NCBI GenBank assembly: GCA_040437565.1
Contig: JBDOQK010000069.1
Span: 124,001 to 159,023, forward strand
Length of the DNA stretch: 35,023 nt
Reading direction: 5' to 3'
DNA from: Albugo candida
Taxonomy: Eukaryota
Shown: positions 11,939 through 25,811 of the stretch, piece by piece
How the letters are laid out: each line of letters starts with the position of its first letter
How positions within the stretch are numbered: the stretch's first letter is position 1
Notes under the pieces: generated by a model
The model's database searches: none
Seen by the model: only the letters and a program-made list of their open reading frames with translations
Told to the model about the DNA's origin: nothing
Position numbers and translations under genes: made by a program

Positions 11939-14100
11939 TTCCTCCAAGTAGACCAAACGTCTCGATAAAAAAAGATCCGGCTTTTCCTCAATAATGGACA
12001 CGAAAATAATCTCGAAAGTCATCTCGTCTACAGGTGTGGCGAAGAGCTTAGACTCAGGATCCAGTGTTCTCGAGAGGGCTTCCCTGTACAAGGGGTACGT
12101 TCGGTTCGATGATGAGACTTGTCCTCTACATAACCCGCATTTTTCCTTCTGTACAAACTTTCTGCAATATATTCTATCTTCTTCGGCTTTATCTTGTAAG
12201 CATCTACCACGCGAAGATAAATTGAGGGAGGAAGTGGTGATGAGTATGCTACATTCGCCAGATATGAGTACCTACTACTTTAGACGTCTTTGGAAGTACA
12301 CTATTGTGCTCTTCCGCTGCTTTCAATGCCAACGTATCTTTCCTCTCCAAGAGACAGAGTCGTAGAAATGCATTCTTTAGGATACCACTGCCTGAAGCAC
12401 TGAAATTTCAATTGACCCACACGCATAGGAAGAGTCACACCGTTTATTGCTATGACGAAACAAGATATGACAAGGAACGTCAAGTCCATTATTTCCTGGG
12501 TTGTACATATTGACATGAGAACGACCAAGTTCACCGGGGTAAACCAAAGCATATCGGATAGACATAAGCTCTGTTTCAGCCAAACGATAAGGTCACTTTT
12601 TCCTTGACATATTAAAATAAAAGCATGGAACTCAGCTTGTCGCTTCATTGGGTGATATCTATGAGGGTAATCAAGCCCTTCTCGTTCCATTGTTGTCACA
12701 GTTAACACGCAAAGTTAGTGTCCCAGTACTGTCGCAACTATTTGCTCACCTGCCTTGGTGCGATGTCTGGCAAAAAGATATAATGGACTCAGCTCCAATT
12801 TTTACTTTTTTGACAAGTGTGCTTTTACTTGCATGCCTCAGTCCTACGATTTCTAAAGTGAAGTGTCTCTCGGCATGTGCAATTTTTCGTTCTCAACTGT
12901 CAGCAATTTCACAAACGAGGTGATCCGAAGGATACTGTCACCTTTCCGACACGCGTACGACACAATTAAGTGCTGATTGAATGACTTTTTGACATCATGG
13001 AGAGAATCTTCATTCCACTCGACCTGAGATCCCCAACGTTCGTGCGGATATCTGCTGGATCAAAGGTTTCTATTGTTGAGAACTAGACCACGCCGAATCC
13101 ATTCACCGCAAATACTGATTGGATATCTGATGTTGCAAAAGCTTTCTTCAGGACTCACCAAAACGTCATCTTGCAGCCTTGCTCGAGCCATTTCATTTGA
13201 CATGATTATCAGAGTATCAGGAACGACTTTACTGGTTCGTAACGTTCTTCTGGTTCCTTTATTCAGCTAAAACCAGCTCTTCCTTGCTCATTGTCTCTCA
13301 GTGCATGCGCTTGTGAAACAAGGGTACAGCAGCTCCCCAATGGTAATCTCCAACGCCAAAAACTCTCGTCTCTTCTTCAAAAGCTGAAGAAGCATTCGCC
13401 GGTAAATCTGATTTTCTCTCATGGTAATAGAAAAGTGTATTTGATCAAGCTACCCGATCGCAAATGGCAGGGAACGAATGAAACATGGTGTCTTCGACCA
13501 CATATGAGTATTGCATCGGGTTATACAAATCGATTGATGCGTTGCTGTTAGCATTTCCACTGATCTTCATGGCCATGTAGTACATTTTCAGGTGTCTTCA
13601 AGTGTCATTCAAAAGCTTGAACGGCGACTTCTTTATCCGATCTCGCTCACGAATTCGAATGAAGCCTATACAATTCTCTGAGAAGAGTTCATCCCACGTA
13701 CCCTTTCGGCATCAAATCTTGACTGTTTTTTTTATGTTGTTCCTCGTACGAATTAGTGTTTGAATTGAACGCTCCTAGCGCGGCTATAATTCGGCGCTGA
13801 ATTGGAGCTGATAGAAAGTGTCTTGTGACTGGATCCTCCACCAAAGAATGCTGCAGCTCGTGTATATCGACATACATCATCTCCCTTGCTCGTGTCGACC
13901 CGTTTTGAAGCTTTTGTTTTTCGGGTACTTGATTTAGCGCGTTTTGATCCACTGCACATTATTGAAACTAATTCATGAGGGTGACAGTGTCAAACTAGTC
14001 ACTCCCGTCGTAACTTCCATATTGAGCGGCAATCTCACGACTCATCTATCGTCCGAAGGTTCACTAATTCTATCATATCTATTCATTTATTCCTGCCCTT
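11515..14100 (-). mobile_element. Highly degraded, internally deleted Ty1/copia element #3
   Basis: LTR-like 11515-11938 with adjacent PPT GGAGGAA. Minus-strand remnants in copia order: STRAREMMYVDI..LVEDPVTRH (integrase-like), GLDYPHRYHPMKR and WLKQSL (RT-like), KPSREHW. Boundaries approximate. Confidence 0.55.
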
Positions 14101-17100
14101 GCATTAATCAGAACGACATGTGATAGAGAATAATATTGTGGGAATTTGTGTAAAGGATTGATGGGATGTTGGAAAACTTACTTTGCTCGCTTTCAAATGC
14201 CTGGATTTTTGCCGAAAAGCATTCCATTCTGATCCAATGCGAACACAATTGCAACCTATCCATGCCTACATCCTCCCAAATTGAGACGATGCATCAATCG
14301 GTGTCGTCTGGGGGTTATACCAGTAAAGTGGTCTCCAAAACCAAATGGTTCCTCAATGCAACGAGCAAATCTCGTATCAGCTCGTTCTTGAAAAGCGTAA
14401 GCCTCGGACCACTGAGGCCTTCCTGCAAGAGTCTATATAAATTCTTCTACCAGAAAGCGTAAGACTGTTTGTGTTAGGATAGATAGACGAGCTTCAAAGG
14501 GTCAAGCATCACTAATGGTTTGTCAAGACCTACATATATCACAATGTGAATTTATTTTCCGGGCGATAAAGACGTTGCCATACATATTCAGCTTCTATGA
14601 TGTCGGAGGCTGTTTGTTACGATTCGAAAACGCGGTAAGACTGGATCTCAGACGAGGGTGATGGTCAAGTTCAGTGTGCGACTAGCGATATGTGACCAAG
14701 CACACTGGAGCATATTGGAAGAAAACATTCAATTTTCTTTTATTGTGACAGAGATGTCGTACACTCAAAGGAAGGAATGATGAAGTAGAAATTGCTTCAA
14801 ATCGAGACAGTCAATTCATCCTAGATAGGGCATTTTGATCTTCAATCCATCTCATTGCGTACTCAATAGTCCCGCATAGCTTCTCAGGTTCATCTTTTGG
14901 ACACGTCTTCCCGTTGGTATTTCAGTATCAATGAAAGCTGCATTTTGTACGAGATTAGCCCCTTATTTGTATAATAGGTTATGTCATGAATAGCGAAATC
15001 GGGATTATCACATTATCCGTATCGCTTTGACAGTCAATTTTGCGAGATTTAGCTGGCAGTATCCCGGCGTATGCAGCAAAAGACATGTTGAACAGCCTCT
15101 AGATTATATCCGGCCCACTTTCTAAACTGTAACGTTACAGAAAAGCTTGCCAAAGCTCGTAAGGTTGAGTTTGTTTGAAGGTCAATTTTTCATAAAGAAG
15201 CGTCAGGCAGTGCGTGAAGAATCTTAAACGTGCACATCAGTATGATGCATGCGGCGTAAATGATGTGACCTTGAGCGACGCGGGGTATAAATCAGTCACA
15301 TGGGCGCCCAAATCTAGATAAATCTCCTCAACCAATATATCTCGTAAGACTCATGATTCTAGAATCTAATCGATAGGATCGGGCATACTCGTTGCTGCGG
15401 CTGTTGCTTCATATGAATGAGGGGAATCCCTGTATACGTTTGATGAAAATGAGCCTCCGAATAAAACGGCCATAGTTGTTCTCATGCTTCCGGATACGCT
15501 ATCATGTCGTATTTAATGCACCATCTCTTCGCATTATGCACCCACTTTTACGCAGTATCTGCGTTCCTTCTTGAAAGTCATTTAGTGAAGCATAAATTAG
15601 CATACGGGGCCTTTTTCGATCGGATGCGCTACACGATTGTCATCACTTGTCAACAGATCTGCAACGATAAAAATCAACATTCAAGTTGTGGCACTTTAAA
15701 TTACAAGCTTTGTCCACGTTTCTTAAATCCACCATTAACTCGGTCGACCCTCAAGATGACCACTGATCAACGTTTTCCCTAATTCTGAAGTGGATCGGGA
15801 ACCCCTGATTAGTCAATAGGAAAGTCTCGAGAAAAATTCGCGTCGGTCATTACAAGAGAGGCGTTAGTGAAATCTTAATATTAAAAACATTTCTATGACA
15901 CGTGCTGATAATGGAAGCTGCATAAACAGCAGCCAACCAATATCTACAAAAGTACCACACTTTTAATTGTCAAACCCTTTTTATCGTATCATCTTATAGG
16001 GTGGCAATAAGGCTCACGTTTCGCTGAATGAGTCATCCAGCGTTTCGTACCTTTTTCTTCTTTCTAGCCGAGTCTTTATACCAAGTGTATGCGCCGCTGA
16101 GAAAAGTGCATTTTGAAAATGTTGATGTCACTTCATCTCGCTACTACTGCCTTCGCTAAGCGAGCGTATACATTAGCTAAGCGATTCTGGTAGATTCACT
16201 ATTGTTGATTCTTCCGAGAACACAACCAACCAAGTCTTTTTTCCGTCAGTATTACCAAGTTAGGAGTACTCCAAGCACTATTCAACCGTAGACGTTTTGT
16301 CTAACTACTCGGACTATCGACTTTGTGCATTACATTGTGTTTGCGCTCAAACATCTCTGTGTTTGCCTTTACTGTTAATCTGGGCAAGAAAACGAACAAT
16401 GTCACCTTCATCGATATCTGTACCTAATTCTCTCGTATTCTGGTTCTATTTCTGTGTGTAAAGTTCAATCTTTTTACCTTTTGAGTCGGCATGAGTGTAG
16501 GTGCAACTGCGCGCGAGTTTTTGACACTTCAGACTGATTGATATGTGGATACCGTTTCTTCGTTCGAGTTCCTGATTCAGCCATGCTTCTTAGCCAAGCG
16601 TACAGCTGTAGCCACCGCTTTATTATGTATTTGAGTACTCTTAAAGAACCCGTGCATGTAAGCTAAAGTGAAGGTGTACCGAATAAATGTCCAAGACGTA
16701 GAACTTGTAAATGCCCTCTTGTGCCAAAATGAAAATAACCGCACAATTTATCAGATTCCTGCTCTACTTCCTGAATTGGAGAATTCAGAAAGGAGTACCG
16801 CTTGAAGGCAACTCCTCAATTGAATACATGATTTGCCTTGAAACATTCTAGCTGCCCAGCTATTGGAGAGGACGCCCAAGTCATTTCCATCATCAATCAA
16901 TTTTTAATCTCTTTGAGTTTCTCCATGGATGTTTATCAATCTTCACCAAATGCTTTCGAATTTTTACGACCTGACTGTGCGCCGAACTTGACTTGTAAGC
17001 ATTATCATGAGACCCCCGGAATATCTGCCTTTTTAACGTGTATTGACCAGTAATGTTTTGGGGGAATTCATCAAATATGAGACTCTCTCTTGACGAAATT

Positions 17101-17668
17101 CCAACTGTAACACTTCCCACTGTCGTCAGAAGTTTCCTGCACTCAATAGATGGAATAAAGTACAAGGATAAAGGATATCGAGTCTGTCTATACGCTTCTG
17201 GCCTAGAAACGCTAACATTCAACGGCACCATCTCCACATAGAGTCCAAACTGATGGAAACAAATTTCCTTTATCACTTCAGCTTCATAAATTTCTCTCCT
17301 TGAGGTGATAAAACGTTGGCCTCATGGGTTCACACGATAGAACCCATGTATGGATGCTGCTAGTTGAAAGCACAATGATGACGACGAAACGCCGAATCGT
17401 GTCTAAACATGGGATCATATATTGTGATGCTTTCCGTTACCGGAATGAAATATTATCCTGCTATTTCAGGTGAAACTATTACAAATCTATGTTAAAATTT
17501 ACTTCATAGAGTTAAACGACTATGCTTCAAGTATTCGTTCATATTTTTTTTACGCTGCTTCGATGAAAGCTGAGAATTCTGCGACAACGGACTCAGTTCC
17601 GATAGTCTAAAATAAACAATCGAATGACATATACACAGAATGGACCAAACCTTGTTTGTTACCTTTAT

Positions 17669-17768
17669 NNNNNNNNNNNNNNNNNNNNNNNNNNNNNNNN
17701 NNNNNNNNNNNNNNNNNNNNNNNNNNNNNNNNNNNNNNNNNNNNNNNNNNNNNNNNNNNNNNNNNNNN
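17669..17768. other. Assembly gap (100 N) with duplicated 25-nt flanks
   Basis: ACCAAACCTTGTTTGTTACCTTTAT on both sides. Confidence 0.99.
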
Positions 17769-20700
17769 ACCAAACCTTGTTTGTTACCTTTATATTTGGG
17801 GCGTGATCGTGTTGTTTTTTCACAAAGCTATTGCGGAAAAGCTTTCCGCGACCAATGATTGTTGATGTTCCTTTATTAAACGATGTTGCAGAAAGGGACC
17901 TCATCCATTTCCGAGATAAAGCAAGAAAAGTAAGTCGACTACGTTTATGATGCTCGCAAACTTTTCCAGCTATCAACAGCGAGCAGATCGGTCTGAATCA
18001 ATAATTGCTTGTAGATAATGATTTCTATCTGAAGATCACTAATATGCCTATCGACTTTGCTTTAAGGGTGCGATTGCGACCATCCCGAACGAATTAAGCT
18101 TACTCGAGCTTCTGCCTCAGGTGGGTTTCCAATGTTTCAAAACATGTTATTAAACAAATCTACTTTTTTTGTGCTTGCATCAAATTTGTCGAATAGCTAC
18201 AAAAAATCTGAATTAGGATACCTTGTGCACTGAGTACACGCATGTCATGGATAAGAACTGTGATGGTGCTAAAAACTAATCCTGACATCCGCACGCAAGT
18301 CCCCATGCACCACATTGCTTCGTTTGTTTTGACACTATCACACTTACTTGCGCCGATGCCTCATGTAGCTGATTTAACATTTCCGTCATGAAGATCATCC
18401 GTTCTCCACCAACTGTTATGAACCACATAAGATAGTGTATCCCCCAAATTAGGAACATTCAAAGAAATCTAAATTGCAACCCATGAACTCTAATTAGCCG
18501 TATTCAGCCAAAGCTGTCTGTGGTAAGCTTCTCGAATGCACAAATTAAATGAGAGATGTCTTGTTCCCAACGCGTTGTGATTTCTGTGGGAGCAACCACC
18601 AAAACGTAGTCCGCGCATCGATTCTTGCGACCAGAAATCTCTAATCGGCATAGAGCCATGAAAACATGTACCCATTCAACTGATCGAATGGAGTCATCAC
18701 CAATAGAAGCCTACCCTGACGTTCCAGACACGGGTTCACCTGGATCAAACCTCTTTCTAGAATTTGATACAAAAAAGGTTCATTAGCTCACCAAACTGGA
18801 TTAATTTGCACGTTCCTGGATGCTCTACCCAGTGGTTTGAACCTGAGGATCCTTAGCAACCGGTTAATTATTGCCAGACAACTTTGTGCATTGGTCGAGA
18901 TGGTATGTGTACTTTACTGTTGATTTGCTAAAATGACGATTATCTTGCAGATCGATAATCGTGTGGAATAAGGTAGTGTGTTACACTTACGAGACGAATT
19001 TGTCGAATTGAGAATGAGGAATAAGAATCGACCGCCATTAGAAGTAGCTAATTATAGTCAATGTATAATAGACCATATCGCTTCGTTTCTTTTAGAGAGC
19101 TGTCTTAAAGCTGACAGGATCGCAAAAAGTCAGGGCACATCAACAGCAAACTGAAGTAAAGTCAGATGAAATCGGAAAAGATGGTGATAATATTCGACTA
19201 TAACGCGTGGGCTGTGGCTTGAGCCAAAAGATCTTTCTGGGGACCTCGTCTTTGCCAACAATTTTTGGGCGGTGATCAATCCTTACTCACCTGAAAATGT
19301 TTCGAAAGGTGCTGGGAATGTGATCGCATTAGATTACAATATCTTGCGTTTCCGTTTCCATGGGTACCGTCTCATTATGCGGTCTTATATGGATACAGTG
19401 ATTGCAACTATATGCCACATGCTCTATGAATGCTGGATAAAGATGCGGTTTAGCAACAGCAATTTCGCTTTGATAAAAGTATACAGTGAATCGAGGATTT
19501 CTATGTAATTCCACCATCATACGATGCTTTATATTGTTTGATAATTGAATTAGTTTTTTATTTCATTACTTCTAAACCAAATTTGCTTGTGTACACTAAG
19601 GCGTCTATTACCTTCACTTGCTAATACAGTTGCATCAACTTCTAGTATTACACCTCCCTAACTCCATATAGAATATCTAGCTATACTTACGTTCTATCAT
19701 GACCAAGAAAATAAGGCTCTTAGATCTGTTTGGTGCGCTTATTCAGTGCGTTGAAGCTTTGTCTCAAAATGCGACATTGACATATTTGTGCTCGCTTTAT
19801 AGCAATAAAATCTAGGACACCGCAACTAGATGTCAAGACATCATCCGTATCAGCACAACTTACAAACAAATTTGCAACACAAAGTACCTGACCATCAGAT
19901 AAACCCCAATCTTGGTGCGCGAAAAATATTAAATATGCAGTGTGAAGGTTGCAAGTAAAGTGTGATATTACAAAGTCAGGGTTAGATGCACCTAACGCGT
20001 CAAATCGTATCGAATTATACGAGAAGCAATATATCTGCTTGATACATTCTTATCATTGCATTCCCAGAAAGAATGATTGTCTGGGAGATATAACACGTGG
20101 GTTTGCCCAAATACGTGATTCTTCAATATTTTTTAGTTCGTAGTGAGTCATTTTGATCGATAGAGATACTTAATCACGAACAACACACTGTCTCCTAGTC
20201 ATCAACAGCCAAAACTGTCTACGAACCAAGCAAGATCGTATTAGATTGCAACATTGGCAATAAATCTATCAAGTTCTGGCCTTGTAATCATACAACAATT
20301 AGGATGATAAACTATAAACGTAAGTCTATTTTCTTTGTACTGTAAACCCAATTTGCTTATGCATTTTCCATACATTTCACAACACGTACTTGAGCACAGA
20401 AGCATGGAAGTTAGTCATAAAGAGTTGCCGATCCAATCACAACTCTCCATACCGACAGACAATACAAGTTGAACATTCAACTACCATCATCTTATACTTC
20501 TTCGGCGCCTATTGAAAAAAGAGCAATCTCAGAGCTCAGGTGACAAGCTATTGATACAGAAGTCAATGGCAAGCGATATCACACCTCTCGGCAAGGTCAT
20601 AATGAGTGAAGTAACCTCTTAGAAGCAGGGGAATCCACACTATTAGCGTGACAATTGATCGGACGGGATCCTGGCAAGAAGAGAAGCGCGGAAACGCTAA

Positions 20701-21015
20701 TTGGATGCATTGTTTAGATGGGAATGACAGCAGAGACTAAGGTGGGGATTTTTTACTAGAAATCGATGCCGACATTATTTTTGAAGAAAAACGCACGGAC
20801 TATAGTATGAATGATGAAAATAAATCCCAATTCGATCCTATCATCAAACCTGACGGACTCATAAGACGATATAGGAACGATGGTCAGGGATCGATGTCGT
20901 CTCCGTTTTTTCTCCGTCGCACGTACAGTCATCGAACACGAATCATGAGGAAAGTAATAATTCGGAAGTTACTGCTGCAATGAAAGTCTTGAAACGGAAA
21001 CGCGAGCGTTGGGAG

Positions 21016-21213
21016 GGCTAGAAATCGTACAAAAGATAACACACAAAGACGTCCTGTTCAAAAGGTATATTGAGAACTCCCTAGCAACCTATCTCATGTT
21101 TCTCTTGCGACCTTTCACTGTCTACGGCTCTTCACGGGATCGTTGTCTTCCATCAGTGAAGATTTTCAACTTCCCGTCGCTGTATTCAGTAGATGACGAT
21201 GCGGTTTCCAACA
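21016..21213 (-). repeat. 3' LTR of copia #4 (198 bp)
   Basis: Aligns without gaps to the gap-collapsed 25812-26136 copy (33 mismatches in 198). Preceded on the minus strand by PPT GGAGGAGGGCG. Confidence 0.95.
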
Positions 21214-21229
21214 CGCCCTCCTCCAAAGT

Positions 21230-22620
21230 TAGTCCATCACTTTGGAAAGGTGTAGTTTGGTCATACCGATCATTGAGCTCAATCTTTCGAGTCTTACACT
21301 GGAAAGAGGCTTTGTCATGATGTCTGATGGATTTAAGTCAGTCTTTACTTCCATAACTCTGCATTACCTTTTGCCACTTGATCTCGGACGCAATGCCAAC
21401 ACACTTCAATGTGTATTGTTCTGTGGCTGTATGTAGGATTCGTTGCCATAACATAGGCCACTTGATTGTCAATCTTTATGTGGAAAAGAGGCTTGACGTT
21501 TGAGAAAACTTGTAGTAAAACGTTCTGGAGCCCTGTCTTTCCATACAAGCTTCGCATACCGCGACATATTCTGCCTCTTCAATCGACTAGGCCACGATGC
21601 TTTGCCGTCTGGAAGCCCATGATACTGCACCTCCAGCAAGGCAGTGCACGAAAACGGTAACGCTTCTTAATGTGTCGGGGACATTTTCTCAGTCAGAGTC
21701 ACAGTAGCCATCGACAGTTGAAATAGATTGTTGTACTTCTGTTATATTTCGAGAGTCTCCAATTCCTTGTGTCGTCGTGCCAATCAGTTACCTAAGGACT
21801 CTTTCCCGGCCCTGATGGGCCGCTGCGTAGCATTTTGCACGTAGGGGCTTAATTGTCCAACAGGATATGCGAGGTCAGGTCTGCTACAAGTCGTGAGATA
21901 CATCAACGACCCGACGAGCTCTCGGTATCGAAATTCTTTCCATTTGCGGGTATTTGTTTTCTTTGTTTCATATCTATGTCCATCACAGTCACGCGTGTGT
22001 TGGTCTCCGTCAGAATTCTACTCGGGTGAGCATTGCCGAAATTAAAGCGCTCAATAATTTCTTGACAACACTTTGTCTGGTGGATCTTTGTGGAATGTAC
22101 GTTCTGTTCCACCTCCACATCCAAGTACGCGTTCAATGGACCTTGGCCTTTCAACCCATAACACGTGTCCAGCAACTCAAACATCTTGATCTTGAAATCT
22201 AGATTTTTGGTTGCGCAGAAAATGTCATCCACGTACAGAAGTACAATCGTGAATTCGCCGTCATGGTCTTAGAAGTAGAGGCATGGTTCTATCGCAGATT
22301 GCATAAATCTATAATCAACAACTCAGCGATTCACTTCGTTGTTCCACTCTCTTCGAGATTGACGTAATCCATAGAGTGCTTTGGCAATGATGTAGACCAT
22401 CCCTTTGTTTTTGCAAGGATAGCCTTCGACTTCCTCCAGAAATTGCTTGATATTCAGGGGGCATGGAGATAGGCGGTTTTGATGTCCTTTTCCTGTAATC
22501 CACGCTGCCCACGACGATCCATGTTTGATGTCTTGAATGTTGAATACACTTTGTAATGCTCTAATTCCACAAGTTCATTTTCTACTCCATTCTTAGACAG
22601 CAGATAAAGTTTCAATTAAG
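21230..22620 (-). pseudogene. copia #4 reverse transcriptase and RNase H
   Basis: DIKTAYLHAP, LLYVDDIF (about 22222-22245), YLTTCSRPDLAY, TNPTYSHRTIHIE and SDIMTKPL. The conserved KARLV..GIDY block of RT appears deleted. Confidence 0.9.
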
Positions 22621-23379
22621 CAGCTTTCAGTGACTTCGCATTTATCTCGGTGCGTTTCCTTTCGCGCATCCGTCGAATTTCCACCCCCCTCGGACCTCGA
22701 TGTCCAATTGGTTAATTGTAGGGGATTGCTAATTGTTGCTTGGTAATGTGATCCGTTTCAATTTCGCGTTCGTTCTTTGGTGCAATGAGAAAGTTTTGTT
22801 TTTGCTCATCGTCTTGCGAGTTGTCTACGATTTCTTCAACTGTAGCCAGATCTGTGACGTGATCCGCTGACTCGGCTTCCCAATTCTCGAGATTGCTACC
22901 AGTTCTACTGCTAGCAATATCATTGTCAAAACCTTCTCTGACCTCTACTTCCCAATCTGAACATGTAGCAGCTTGGGTATCCTGTTCAGCCTGCAGACTT
23001 GCCGTAACTTCACCAACAAACTCATGGGTTTTGCTTTCCAGCGCTTCGTTGAAATCACTGTTTACAGGAACGGCACTGTTGCTCAGTATGTCTTCCGAAA
23101 CGAGTTTCTCTTCACTATCAAGATCATCCGGTGGTTTCTCCACCTCTTGCTTTTCGCCTAATATTGTTCCCATGCAACTTTTTGTTTATTCCATGTCGAC
23201 ATCGTCGCAACACTGCTTATCGGCGGTGTCACAGTTGGCTAGTTGGTGGAATACGTCTTGGTTTTCCTCAATATGATTGACCAGTTCCCCCTCTTCGATG
23301 AAGTCATCAAATGCCTGTAACCATCTCGTGACTTCATTTGAATATGTGGATGCATGACGGTCCTTGTACTTTATTGATT

Positions 23380-24300
23380 CATTGATTTTCACATCTGAAA
23401 CGAATCCCTTCTTGTGTTCGGTTGGGAAGTACACGTTCTAACCCACAATGTCTTCGCAGTAGCCTAACAAGATCCAATTCTGCAGTTCATCCTCATTTTT
23501 TTCTTTTTGAGACGAGAATATGACAATAAGTCAAGGACCCAGAAACTCGCAGGTGATGGATGTCCAGATTAGAGCCAAACAGGGTCTCGTATGGTGTACA
23601 TGCTGCACCTTTGCAGTACACATGATTTTTGATGTAAATTGCATTCTCTTATGCGTGCACCCAGAACGACTTCGGAAATCCAGATTGATGCATCATTGTC
23701 ATCATCATTCTGATCAATATCTGAAGTGTTCGCTCTAACAGGTTAAGCTGAGACGCGTTTGGCCCAACGATGCTGTGCACTTTGCCATTTCTGGTATACC
23801 AGTCCTCCATTGCTCCATTGTTCCATTGCAGAACTCTTGTCCTTTATCGGTCAGGAGTTGTCGCACCAAATTTTCCTGTTGCTCGTTTTGGTCGACTTCA
23901 TGGGCATGTTGTAGCTCTGCCTACTTGATAAAATGTTTCAAGTGCTCATTTACTTCGCCTTCGATCTTAGACTTTAACATGAAAGACTTCACGTAGCGTG
24001 AATATCCATCCATGACCACGGGAACAGCAGAATATGGCGAGCCATTGTTTATTCCGGGAATAATCAGGTCTGCAAAGATAATGTCATTTAATCTCGTCAT
24101 TTCCCTGTCGATAGCTTTTCGAAATGTTTTCCTTCGTTACTTCCCAAAGTGGCAATCCGCACAATCTAGTTTTCTCCGGCGCTTGAGCATGATGCCTTTG
24201 GCCGTCTCCCGATGAACCATTAGCCGAATATATTCGGGGCAGATGTGCCCAAGTCTCTCTTGCCGGACGTCAATGTCTGCGAGGCCATCTGTAGTAGCAA
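23380..24300 (-). pseudogene. copia #4 integrase (GAG-pre-integrase and rve core)
   Basis: RQERLGHICP (WHxRLGH-like), FADL, TDKGQEF and SQLNLLERTL..SGFPKSFW (D,D,E catalytic positions). Confidence 0.88.
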
Positions 24301-24699
24301 AGTTTGCAGAAACTTGCTTCTCTCCTTTTAGCTTCTTGCCTCTCGGCTGATCTTTCTTGTTTGCGTCATTGCCAATATTATGAGCAGTAAACGTCCATAG
24401 ATTACTGTTGTATTGTGGTCAGATTACTCTTGTCCCATACTTTATCATTCCAAATGATTGGTTTTCATTAGTGCATGTCATTTCGAAAACTTGATCCATT
24501 GCTAGGCCAGGTGAGAATAAATTGCAGCCAGCTGTTGGGACATATAATTCGTCTTCCACAAGTAAGAACACCATTTGTTCGTCAATCATCACTGAAAGAT
24601 GGATAGTTCCAAATCCTTTTGCTTTAGATTTGACACCATCAACAAAGCCTGAAATATTTGGATTCTACTCGCTATCATCCATACTTTGTAGTGTCATAA

Positions 24700-25806
24700 A
24701 ATATTCCTTGCACGCTGTGATATGTATATTCGATTCCGAGCCAAAGTACCGTTGACAAGCTTCATATCCTTTATTTTTTTAAGAGGTTTGCAACTTATCC
24801 CATCACAACTTCGCGCATTTGTGCATTTTTACGATCATCATCTGAATTTTCTTTGACTTCATGAGTCGCCACCTTTTGTTCACCTGAACGAGCATGATTT
24901 GATTTTCCGTTTTATATTCCTTCCAAATTGGACAATCAGGTTTGAAATGATCTCCACCGCAATGAAAGCAGCCACCAGTTCCAATTCTTGCTCCTTGTTT
25001 TCTATCAGCATGATTATATGTCTTCTTGCCGTGCTCAGTTTCGCCTTGCTTATACTGGTCTTTTTTCCGCTGCTTATTTCCGAAAGCATGGTTTCCGCAG
25101 TCTTCGTTTCTTGATTCTGCGGTAATTATCATCTCTCGAAGCAGTTCCAGAGTGTATTTTGCCATGTTCGTGCCGAATAACACTTTACGAGTCAATTCAT
25201 CATAGCACGCCTGTGACGGAAGACTTTCTAACATGCGATCTACCATCTACAAGTCATTGACGGGTGATCCTAAATCTGCAAGTTGATTGTTGATATCGAA
25301 AAGTTTGTAGAGATGGCCTCGTACGTTTCTTTTTCCACGCAGATGATTCCTGTGTAGCTCGCCCTGCAAGCGATACAGCTTCTGCGCAGTCATAGCAGGA
25401 TTTTTCTTGCCCTCGTAGATTGATATAAGCTCAGCGCACATCTCCGTGCCGGTACTTATCATGATCAATTGTTTCGCAAGTTTCGTTGAGAGTGATCCTT
25501 GGATGAAAAGTTTGATTTGTCTTGCTTTTTCTTAAATTCGCCCTTTTCTTCGTCGTTCCAGCTTACGTCTTGGCACTTTCCGCCAATAGCTATCTGGTCT
25601 AATAAGCTTTCCTCGGTCGCATTCATCATGGCTTGCTTGTAAAACGTCCAGTCATTTCCATTCCAGTGTATGGGAGTCCCCACCTGTCCAATCTTTGAAT
25701 CATTGTGTTTATCTCCGTCACTCTCGGACTCTAATGATCAGGACATTTGCCTTGGGTGTCGAAGCGGTCGCGTAGCACCGCGTCGTTTCTGGGTATTTGA
25801 GCTCAT
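24700..25806 (-). pseudogene. copia #4 gag and protease
   Basis: MSSNTQ..*..GTPIHWNGNDWTFYKQAM, MVDRMLESLP, CFHCGGDHFKPDC (CCHC) and YFGSESNIHIT (degenerate DSG protease site). Confidence 0.88.
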
Positions 25807-25810
25807 AACC
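25797..25810 (-). promoter_or_regulatory. Primer-binding site of copia #4, half-tRNA-iMet type
   Basis: Minus strand reads CTAACA-G-GGTTATGAGCTCAA directly after the 5' LTR. Confidence 0.85.
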
Positions 25811-25811
25811 C

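Noticed and set aside
17323..17348. 9-bp inverted repeat CATGGGTTC...GAACCCATG
   Set aside because: Isolated and within chance expectation.
22712..23173. 153-aa acidic ORF as a captured gene
   Set aside because: It occupies the normal variable linker between integrase and RT in copia #4.
23733..23745. CTCTAACAGGTTA as a nested LTR end plus PBS
   Set aside because: It is the antisense of the integrase motif QLNLLER.
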